Assembly: GCA_016927995.1 (NCBI GenBank)
Contig: JAFGLO010000015.1
Coordinates: 3,847-67,846, forward strand
Direction of reading: 5' to 3'
DNA length: 64,000 nt
Origin: Candidatus Dojkabacteria bacterium
Lineage (GTDB): Bacteria; Patescibacteriota; Dojkabacteria; JAFGLO01
Below are positions 28,894-36,519 of this stretch, in pieces. The notes under the pieces were generated by a model that was not told the DNA's origin, did not search any database, and worked only from the letters and a program-made list of their open reading frames with translations. Numbering within the stretch: position 1 is the first letter of the stretch; every line of letters begins with the position of its first letter. The position numbers and the translations under genes are program-made.

Positions 28894-30993
28894 ATGAGCA
28901 ATCCTATTATTGAAGGAATAAGAAAGGTCTTATTCGGGAAAAAGGCACAAAATACCCAAGGGCAACAACCTGTTCAATACACGCAATCGCAAGGCGTGCA
29001 GATGCAGCCGGTACCGCCAATGCAACCTTCCACCCAAGCAGTTATACAACCACAACCGGGTCAGGTTATACAACCACAACCGGATCAGGTAATACAACCA
29101 CAGCCGGGTCAGGTAATACAACCGCCAGAAGGAACTCCTGTAATTACACAAGTGACTCAGGATATGCAACTTGCTCAGGCTCAGGCTAATGAACAGATAG
29201 GCATTAGGGATATATTGGCACCAAGCTACATAGAGGTCGATTTTAATTATATTCAGGTTGGAAGAAAATACTTTAGAACCCTTTTTATATCGAAATATCC
29301 GCGCGTAGTTAGAATCAACTGGCTTTCTCCATTAATAAATTTCGATAGCTCCCTTATTATTAGTACACACTATTATCCACTTGATATTAAAGATGTACTT
29401 GCTAGACTCAAAAAGAAAATGGGTGAGCTGGAGGCAACTTTAATGGTTCAGGTTGAGAAGGGAAAGGTTATCGATCCTACGGCAAAGGTTGCATTAAAAG
29501 ATGCACAAAGCTTACAAGATGCAATTGCATCGGGTGCGGAAAAGCTATTTCAGTTTGGGCTTTACGTAACAGTTGAGGCAAATTCTACGGAAGAACTAAA
29601 TAAAGTCACGAAAGATGTTGTCTCCACAATATCTGCACTTGATATGCAAGCCGACCCGACAACACTTCAAATGGAGCAGGGGTTGCAGTCGTCCATTCCA
29701 TCCGGTGTAGACAAACTTTTTTACAACCGAAATCTTGATACAACATCAATTGCAACAACGTTTCCGTTTATTACGTCTGAACTTACAATGGATCATGGAA
29801 TTTTATATGGAGTTAACCTGCATAACAAAAGTCTCGTTGTCTTTGATAGGTTTGATTTAGAGAATGCTAATTCCACGGTTTTTGCAAGATCGGGTGCAGG
29901 TAAAAGTTATTTCGTAAAACTGGAGATTTTTAGAAGTCTAATGCTTGGAACCGAAGTTATTATTATTGATCCGGAAAAGGAGTATGAAAGCTTGGCAAAA
30001 TCACTCGATGGATTATATATTACTTTTTCCCAGGATGAAGGTTATAAAGTAAATCCGTTTGAACTTCCCGGCGCGTTAATCGAAGAGGGTGTTGATCAGC
30101 TTCGTGAAAAAATTCTCTCTCTTCAGCGATTTTTTAATATTATGTTTGGCGGAACCAGTAATTTGGAAAAGGCTATCCTTGATAGAGCAATGATGCTTAC
30201 TTACAATGAAAAAGGAATAACAGTCGAACCCTCAACTCAGAGTAATCCTGCACCGCTTTTGGAGGATCTCTATAAAGTACTTAAAGGGTTTACTGAAGAA
30301 GATGCACAAAGCCTGGCAAAGCGAATGGAGCGATTTATAATTGGTAGCGCAGCAGGAATATTTAATGAGCGGACAAATCTATCATTAGACAATCCATTTA
30401 CCGTGTTTTCAATTCGTGATCTATCGGAAGAATTAAGACCGTTAGCAATGTATCAAATGCTTGATTTTATCTGGACTAATATACGAAAAATCCGCAAAAA
30501 AAGAATTTTGGTTGTAGAGGAGGCCTGGTATATGATGCAACGTCCCGATTCGGCCGAATTTATGTATTCTATTGCAAAACGTGCTCGAAAGTACTATCTT
30601 GGGCTCACTACAATAAGTCAAGATGTCGACGACTTTTTATCTACTGATTATGGAAAAGCCGTAGTAAACAACAGTGCCATGCAGATTCTCTTGAAGCAAA
30701 GTTCCTCTGCAATTGACCGAATCCAGTTTGTGTTTAAGCTTACCGAGGGAGAGCGATCATTTCTTTTAAGATGCGGAATAGGTGAAGGACTATTCTTTGC
30801 AGGGAATAATCATGTGGCAATTAAAAGCGTTTCAAGTCTTGCCGAGCACAGACTTATGACAACCAATCCACAGGAAATGGATTTTTATAAACAGGTTGGA
30901 CTAATGGATGATACAGATTCCGAAAAACTCTCAAAGGTGTTTACACCGACCTTAGTTGAATCCTTATACGGAAATAAAAATGGGAATATTTGA
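28894..30993 (+). CDS. VirB4/TrbE-family type IV secretion ATPase (main body), with an N-terminal Q/P-rich repeat insert
   Basis: ..VDFNYIQVGRKYFRTLFISKYPRVVRINWLSPLINFDSSLIISTHYYPLD.., Walker A FARSGAGKSYFVK and Walker B RILVVEEAWYMM are all present. Confidence 0.8.
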   Translation: MSNPIIEGIRKVLFGKKAQNTQGQQPVQYTQSQGVQMQPVPPMQPSTQAVIQPQPGQVIQPQPDQVIQPQPGQVIQPPEGTPVITQVTQDMQLAQAQANEQIGIRDILAPSYIEVDFNYIQVGRKYFRTLFISKYPRVVRINWLSPLINFDSSLIISTHYYPLDIKDVLARLKKKMGELEATLMVQVEKGKVIDPTAKVALKDAQSLQDAIASGAEKLFQFGLYVTVEANSTEELNKVTKDVVSTISALDMQADPTTLQMEQGLQSSIPSGVDKLFYNRNLDTTSIATTFPFITSELTMDHGILYGVNLHNKSLVVFDRFDLENANSTVFARSGAGKSYFVKLEIFRSLMLGTEVIIIDPEKEYESLAKSLDGLYITFSQDEGYKVNPFELPGALIEEGVDQLREKILSLQRFFNIMFGGTSNLEKAILDRAMMLTYNEKGITVEPSTQSNPAPLLEDLYKVLKGFTEEDAQSLAKRMERFIIGSAAGIFNERTNLSLDNPFTVFSIRDLSEELRPLAMYQMLDFIWTNIRKIRKKRILVVEEAWYMMQRPDSAEFMYSIAKRARKYYLGLTTISQDVDDFLSTDYGKAVVNNSAMQILLKQSSSAIDRIQFVFKLTEGERSFLLRCGIGEGLFFAGNNHVAIKSVSSLAEHRLMTTNPQEMDFYKQVGLMDDTDSEKLSKVFTPTLVESLYGNKNGNI
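29041..29124 (+). repeat. 24-bp tandem repeat, about 3.4 copies, encoding VIQPQPGQ units
   Basis: gttatacaaccacaaccgggtcag, gttatacaaccacaaccggatcag, gtaatacaaccacagccgggtcag, then a partial copy. Confidence 0.9.
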
Positions 30994-31303
30994 TTCGATC
31001 AAGCGATTATTAGGAATAGGGAAAACTCCTGTACAAGATGGTCTCTCACAAACTATTCCGGAATTTAAATATTCACGTCGATCAGGCGAAGTCGTTGGTT
31101 CGGGTAGCCCTACGGTTCCCCAAAATGGTTGTGCGAATCAATCACCGAGGCTTCCTATAGATGATCCTGCATTAGCACTACTAAAAGCCAACGAGCTTGT
31201 TAAAGGCGGAAAAGAGTTGATATCTTCGCGCGAGGTTAACGTTAAAACAAGCGACTCCGGCGCCACAGCCAAGCTCCCGCAAAACCCGTTTAAGGGGGTA
31301 TAA
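30980..31303 (+). CDS. Hypothetical small protein
   Basis: ORF overlapping the VirB4 stop. Low-complexity sequence with weak support. Confidence 0.25.
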   Translation: MGIFDSIKRLLGIGKTPVQDGLSQTIPEFKYSRRSGEVVGSGSPTVPQNGCANQSPRLPIDDPALALLKANELVKGGKELISSREVNVKTSDSGATAKLPQNPFKGV

Positions 31304-31304
31304 G

Positions 31305-31326
31305 TACCGACCTCATACCGACCTCA
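31305..31326. repeat. 11-bp perfect tandem duplication: TACCGACCTCA x2
   Basis: Read directly from the sequence. Confidence 0.9.
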
Positions 31327-31398
31327 TGGATTGGTTTTGACAGTTGTCCCTTGATATTTAACAAAGTTATCTATCACTGTTTACTGCTTATCATGTCA

Positions 31399-33384
31399 CT
31401 ACTCAACAATTTCTCCATCTTTTGCGTCCTTGGCGGCTTTGTCTTTTTTGTCTTCCGGCTTGTCGCTATTATTTTTGTCGGACTTTTCGGCTGTTTTGCC
31501 GGTTTTACCACCTTTATCTTTTTCACTACCTGACTGTTTCGCTTTCTCACTGGTTTTCGCCGCTTCCTGACCCATTTGTGAGTAAATCCGTTGACTCATA
31601 TCCTGAATTTTACTTGTTAACTCTTCGGTCTTTTTCTCTACTTCCTTTTCGTCAAAGTCTTCTTTTGCAATAAGATCTTTTAGTTCTTTTGACAACTTTT
31701 CGAGTTCTTCTTTTTCTTTATCTGTGACCTTATCGCCCAAATCTTTTATAGTCTTTTCAACGGTAAAGGTTAGGGTATCGGCATTGTTTTTAATCTCTGC
31801 ACGCTTTTTCTTTGTTTCATCTTCGCTTGCATGCTCTTTTGCTTCGGCAACCATTTTTTCTATGTCATCGTCGGAAAGACCTGTCGAAGATTTTATTACA
31901 ATGTTGTTCTCCTTTCCGGTAGCCTGATCTTTTGCAGTAACACTAAGAATACCGTTTGCATCGATTTTAAAGCTGACTTCGATTCTAGGCACACCACGTG
32001 GAGCGGGAGGAATACCTTCAAGTCTGAAAATACCAAGCTCTTTGTTGTCAGCTGCCATTGGACGTTCACCTTGTAAAACTCTTATATCTACAGCGGTTTG
32101 ATTATCGGCGTAAGTTGTAAATCGATCTTCTTTCTTTTCTGTTGGAATTGTTGTGTTTCTTGGTATAAGTACAGTCATTACACCACCTGCAGTTTCGATA
32201 CCAAGTGAAAGTGGCGTAACATCAAGTAGGGTTACGTCGGAGACATCACCTGCCAAAACACCTGCCTGGACAGCAGCTCCCATTCCCACAACCTCGTCGG
32301 GATTTACACCCTTTTGCGGCTCTTTCTCGAAAAATTCTTTTACCGTTTTTTGTACAAGGGGCATTCTTGTCATTCCACCGACTAGTAACACTTCACCAAC
32401 GTCGGATGCTTTTAGCTTTGCATCAGCAAGAGCCTTTTTACAAGGCTCAATTGATGAATCGACAAGTTCCTTAACCAATTTTTCAAGTTCTGCACGAGTG
32501 AAGTCACGTTTTAGGTGTTTAGGACCTTTTGCATCGGCAGTAATAAATGGAATATTTATAGTTGTTTTCTCACTTTGCGAAAGCTCGATTTTTGCTTTTT
32601 CGGAAGCTTCTTTAAGTCGCTGAAGTGCAGTTTTGTCTTCTGAAAGATCAATTCCTTGCTCGTCTTTAAACTCTTTGGCAAGCATATCCATTATTTTTGC
32701 ATCAAAGTCGTCACCTCCAAGATGTGTGTCACCGTTGGTTGATAAAACTTCGTAGACCCCGTCTCCTATTTCCAGAATAGAAATATCAAAGGTTCCACCC
32801 CCTAGGTCATAAACGGCAATCTTTTGATCGGCCTTTTGTGAAAGACCATAGGCTAGGGTAGAAGCCGTTGGTTCGTTAAGAATACGTTTAACCTCTAGCC
32901 CTGCGATTTTACCTGCATCTTTAGTAGCCTGACGTTGAGAATCATCGAAATAAGCGGGCACAGTTATTACAGCCTCTGTTATTTTGTCTCCGAGGTATTC
33001 TTCTGCGTCAGCTTTCATTTTTTGTAGTACCATTGCGGAGATCTCTTGAGGCGTATACCACTTACCCGACATTTTAACTTCGACTCCGCCGTTTTTTGCT
33101 TTTCGGGTTTCGTATGGCATTCGCTTAATATCGGTTTGGGTCTCTTTATCATCGAACTTTCGGCCAATAAGTCGCTTAACGGAATAAATTGTGTTTTCGG
33201 CGTTTATAATTGATTGAGCTTTTGCCGCCTGCCCAACAAGACGCTCACCGTTTTCATCAATTGCGACGATTGACGGGGTAAGCCTACTGCCACTGCTGTT
33301 TGGAATAACGACGGGTTTTCCACCTTCCATGATGGCCATTACGGAGTTTGTAGTTCCAAGGTCAATTCCTAATATTTTACTCAT
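31399..33384 (-). CDS. dnaK: Chaperone DnaK (Hsp70)
   Basis: [22 protein letters not shown].. together with all the Hsp70 signatures; 661 aa with a K/D/E-rich tail. Confidence 0.97.
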   Translation of the reverse strand: MSKILGIDLGTTNSVMAIMEGGKPVVIPNSSGSRLTPSIVAIDENGERLVGQAAKAQSIINAENTIYSVKRLIGRKFDDKETQTDIKRMPYETRKAKNGGVEVKMSGKWYTPQEISAMVLQKMKADAEEYLGDKITEAVITVPAYFDDSQRQATKDAGKIAGLEVKRILNEPTASTLAYGLSQKADQKIAVYDLGGGTFDISILEIGDGVYEVLSTNGDTHLGGDDFDAKIMDMLAKEFKDEQGIDLSEDKTALQRLKEASEKAKIELSQSEKTTINIPFITADAKGPKHLKRDFTRAELEKLVKELVDSSIEPCKKALADAKLKASDVGEVLLVGGMTRMPLVQKTVKEFFEKEPQKGVNPDEVVGMGAAVQAGVLAGDVSDVTLLDVTPLSLGIETAGGVMTVLIPRNTTIPTEKKEDRFTTYADNQTAVDIRVLQGERPMAADNKELGIFRLEGIPPAPRGVPRIEVSFKIDANGILSVTAKDQATGKENNIVIKSSTGLSDDDIEKMVAEAKEHASEDETKKKRAEIKNNADTLTFTVEKTIKDLGDKVTDKEKEELEKLSKELKDLIAKEDFDEKEVEKKTEELTSKIQDMSQRIYSQMGQEAAKTSEKAKQSGSEKDKGGKTGKTAEKSDKNNSDKPEDKKDKAAKDAKDGEIVE

Positions 33385-33406
33385 TTTTTTAGTAACAATA
33401 AATTAT

Positions 33407-33880
33407 TTATTGAGAGGCAACAATGACTCGTGTGGGTCGAACTATATTTCCCTCGAGCATATAGCCCTTTGATACTACGGCCGCAACCGTATTCTTTTTA
33501 AATTTCTTTGTTTTTAAGGTCGATAATGCCTCGTGCAAGGAGGGATCAAAAGTATCTCCTTCTTTTACTGAAATCTCGGTTAAGCCAAGTTTCTCAATAA
33601 AGCCGGGAAGCATTTCAAATATTGATAATACACCGTTAACCCACTCATCCGTTTTTTTTCTATTTTCTTGTTTCGCAAGTTCCAGGCTGTCCATTATCAA
33701 AAGAAGTTCTGTCGAAATCTCTTTTATACGGTTAAAGATTAATTGTTCCGTGTCTTTGGCTGCCCGCTTTTTTAGATTGTCATAGTCTGCAAGTGCTTTT
33801 GCAAGTTGGCTTTTTAAAATTTCTACCTCTGTAGGCTTATTTGCCGGTGTCTGTTTTTTTACTTCTTTGTTTGTTTTCAT
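33407..33880 (-). CDS. grpE: Nucleotide exchange factor GrpE
   Basis: Coiled-coil N-terminus. ..FDPSLHEALS.. and ..RPTRVIVASQ match the GrpE C-terminal domain. The gene sits between hrcA and dnaK. Confidence 0.85.
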   Translation of the reverse strand: MKTNKEVKKQTPANKPTEVEILKSQLAKALADYDNLKKRAAKDTEQLIFNRIKEISTELLLIMDSLELAKQENRKKTDEWVNGVLSIFEMLPGFIEKLGLTEISVKEGDTFDPSLHEALSTLKTKKFKKNTVAAVVSKGYMLEGNIVRPTRVIVASQ

Positions 33881-34599
33881 TAAACTTTATTATCTAATAA
33901 ATCACCTATGAATCTAACGGCGGGAATTACCTTTGAATAATTAAAGCGTTTTGACGAAATAACGCCAATATATCCGGGAGTTCCATTTTTCCCCGTAAAT
34001 TTTTTGGCAACTATTGCTATGTTCTCTAGGTCTAAATATTTTAGGTCTTTGCCAATTATTGTAAATACTACATTAGTTGTATTTTTAACCAAATTGTCGA
34101 AATGTGTCTTGTTTTCTAAAAAGTGCAGTAAACTTGTCAGCGTGTCTGAATCTAGAAGTTCCTCGTATTTTGAGACTCTGTATAGTCCCTTTGTAATTGT
34201 TATATTTTTGAAGAAACAAAAAACGGGTTCGTCAATGTAAACAGATAACAATGTCGATATGTTGGTAAGTCTTTCGTATGCACCCGTGGATTCTGTAATG
34301 GCAGTTTCAACGCTCTGGGCAAATTCTTGTGGTATTTCTACTTCAGTTAGTATGTTTCTAAGGAAATACTTAATTCCAAGGTCCGATGGGACTCTGCCCG
34401 ACGATATATGGCTTTTTTTGAGAAGTCCATGTTTCTCAAGCTGAGCCATTTCATTACGGACGGTTGCGGGACAGGCATTAATTTTATACCTTCTAACTAC
34501 GATAGAAGAAGGTACTGCAGACAAATCTCTTCCCAAAAACTCTGATATTACCGCATGTAATATTGCCAGTTGTCGTTTTGAAATTTCGTCTACAGGCAT
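33880..34599 (-). CDS. hrcA: Heat-inducible transcription repressor HrcA (short form, 239 aa)
   Basis: The N-terminal winged helix (LSKRQLAILHAVISEFL..RRYKINACPATVRNEMAQLEKHGLL) matches HrcA. The adjacent CIRCE element and grpE-dnaK fit the classic operon. Confidence 0.75.
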   Translation of the reverse strand: MPVDEISKRQLAILHAVISEFLGRDLSAVPSSIVVRRYKINACPATVRNEMAQLEKHGLLKKSHISSGRVPSDLGIKYFLRNILTEVEIPQEFAQSVETAITESTGAYERLTNISTLLSVYIDEPVFCFFKNITITKGLYRVSKYEELLDSDTLTSLLHFLENKTHFDNLVKNTTNVVFTIIGKDLKYLDLENIAIVAKKFTGKNGTPGYIGVISSKRFNYSKVIPAVRFIGDLLDNKV

Positions 34600-34626
34600 T
34601 TAGCAATCAGTTATGTTAAGTGCTAA
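34600..34626. promoter_or_regulatory. CIRCE operator (TTAGCAATC-N9-AAGTGCTAA) immediately upstream of the hrcA start
   Basis: Each half-site has one mismatch to the consensus TTAGCACTC-N9-GAGTGCTAA. Confidence 0.75.
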
Positions 34627-34715
34627 ATGATTTTACGGAGATAGAAGGCGATTGTCAAGCGTTGCCAATGAAATTTCTCCGGCACTTGCTATATATACAG
34701 AAGAAAATAAGCCGT

Positions 34716-34904
34716 AAAGGCAAGCCATGCCCCATGGGAACTTTATCACCTCCCGAAAGTAGAACCATGCATGATTGATATCAAACATATCCTTGTACTG
34801 CCCTAGCAGTCTGTACTCACGATGATTTGGTTAGATCTGGATTTGCTGCCTTGTGTCGCAAGCAAAAAATCGATAAAGTTCCCATGGGGCATGGCTTGCC
34901 TTTG
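34716..34904. repeat. 29-bp perfect inverted repeat (AAAGGCAAGCCATGCCCCATGGGAACTTT / reverse complement) enclosing 131 nt
   Basis: Left arm 34716-34744, right arm 34876-34904, with exact complementarity. It lies between the 3' end of the MraY/WecA-like gene and the hrcA promoter region. Confidence 0.9.
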
Positions 34905-34913
34905 CACAGTGAT

Positions 34914-36065
34914 CTAGTACGAGTACTTGTCTTCCGGGGTTTCGTCTTTTTCCTCTTTGGCTTTTTTAATCTTTGGAAGAATTGTTATAAAGAAAATGAA
35001 ACCAAGAATTAATACGGGAACCAATAATATCACCGCAAGTTTTAGAAGTCCGCTTACAAGTGCGCCCAAAAGACCTATTGTTAACGTAATAGTGTATTCG
35101 ATAAGTGCAATTTTAGGCTCGGATATGTTTATTGCCAGTAACTTGTGGTGAAGATGACGCTTATCTCCGCTTGTCATTAGATCACTAATTTTTTGCGGCT
35201 TGGTCTCGATAACTCTTTGAATTACCACAAAAACCAGATCGGTAAGCGGAAGTGCAAGGGCAACAAAAGTGGTTGCAAGTTTTGCACCGCTTTTTATTGC
35301 TAGGGCAGCGATTAAGAATCCGTAAACGGATTTACCCGATGAGCCCGAGTGAATTTTGCCCGGATAAAAGTTGTAAATTGCATAGCCGATTAGACATCCG
35401 GCCAGAGTAATGCTTAAAAATGCACTTGATTCGTTAAAAAACCGTGCGCTAATTAAAAACACGATTATTAAGGCAAGTGCGGAGTTTCCTTCTAAAAGCG
35501 CGTCGGTTCCACCATTTACCTTCAGGGCATTTATGACAACAACAATCCACGTAAGTAAAATGAGATCGCCTGGAATACTAAGGCTTAGCGGAATACCAAG
35601 AAAAGTGTCTTTCCACGTAAATACTGACAGATTGACAACAATGTTTGTTCCGGGAATGTTTATTGTTGAAAGATTTTCGGGTGACAATGCAAATATTAAG
35701 GCAGCAAGTATTTGAACAGCAAGCTGTATCTTAAAGCTTAGATTTAGCTTATCGTCGAACACACCCATTATTACTAGTATTAAGGTTGGAATAAATAGCC
35801 ACCAAAGATTTTCAATAACGTGCCCATTTATAAGTATAAGTATCAGAAAAGGGATAATTACGGCAAGCCCACCCAAAAGCGGGACAGGTGGTTTTTCAAG
35901 ACGTCGATCCCTATCGGGAGATGGTTTTCGCATACTGGGTGGCAAGTCCATGATTTTTAACCGCTTTGCGATTAGACCAATTATTGGAGTTAAGAGTAGC
36001 GAAAATATTAGACCTTGTCCAAGATACGGTAAGTATTGAAAATATTGCTCTTTAAAAAGCTCCAT
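34914..36065 (-). CDS. Glycosyltransferase family 4 (MraY/WecA-like polyprenyl-phosphate sugar-1-phosphate transferase)
   Basis: About 10 TM segments. The GVFDDKLNLS (DDxxD-like) motif is present, and the overall architecture is that of the MraY/WecA/TagO family. Confidence 0.6.
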   Translation of the reverse strand: MELFKEQYFQYLPYLGQGLIFSLLLTPIIGLIAKRLKIMDLPPSMRKPSPDRDRRLEKPPVPLLGGLAVIIPFLILILINGHVIENLWWLFIPTLILVIMGVFDDKLNLSFKIQLAVQILAALIFALSPENLSTINIPGTNIVVNLSVFTWKDTFLGIPLSLSIPGDLILLTWIVVVINALKVNGGTDALLEGNSALALIIVFLISARFFNESSAFLSITLAGCLIGYAIYNFYPGKIHSGSSGKSVYGFLIAALAIKSGAKLATTFVALALPLTDLVFVVIQRVIETKPQKISDLMTSGDKRHLHHKLLAINISEPKIALIEYTITLTIGLLGALVSGLLKLAVILLVPVLILGFIFFITILPKIKKAKEEKDETPEDKYSY

Positions 36066-36066
36066 A

Positions 36067-36513
36067 TTATGAAACTAGGTTAACCAAATTTACAAATCCT
36101 AAAGAGAAGAGGCTAAGGGATATGGCCGTTGATATTACAACGAATCTTGTTAAGTGCTTGCTATATTTGAATAAATGAGTACAAATTAAAATCACGGAAA
36201 AACTTCCTATTGCAAATCCCCAAGGAACAAACTTAACCGCGTTTATAGATTCAAGCAAATTATTACTTTCCTTTGTTAAAAGCCAGAATGGAATCTTCTC
36301 AATCTGACCGGGGTTATATGCTGTCGATATCGCAAAGGTATAAAGTGTTGTAATAAGAAACAGGGGTGCTGCCAAAATAAACGAATAATCCGTTAAAAAT
36401 TTATTGGCTCTTAAGTCCGAGCATAACTTATAGATAATATGACCGATTGAAAAATCCCTTTTGAAGGGAAGTTTTTTTTGCGGTTTTTTTGAGAAGATCG
36501 ACTTTAGATCCAT
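36067..36513 (-). CDS. Hypothetical membrane protein (148 aa)
   Basis: Four hydrophobic segments. It abuts the next gene. Confidence 0.4.
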   Translation of the reverse strand: MDLKSIFSKKPQKKLPFKRDFSIGHIIYKLCSDLRANKFLTDYSFILAAPLFLITTLYTFAISTAYNPGQIEKIPFWLLTKESNNLLESINAVKFVPWGFAIGSFSVILICTHLFKYSKHLTRFVVISTAISLSLFSLGFVNLVNLVS

Positions 36514-36519
36514 TGTTTG

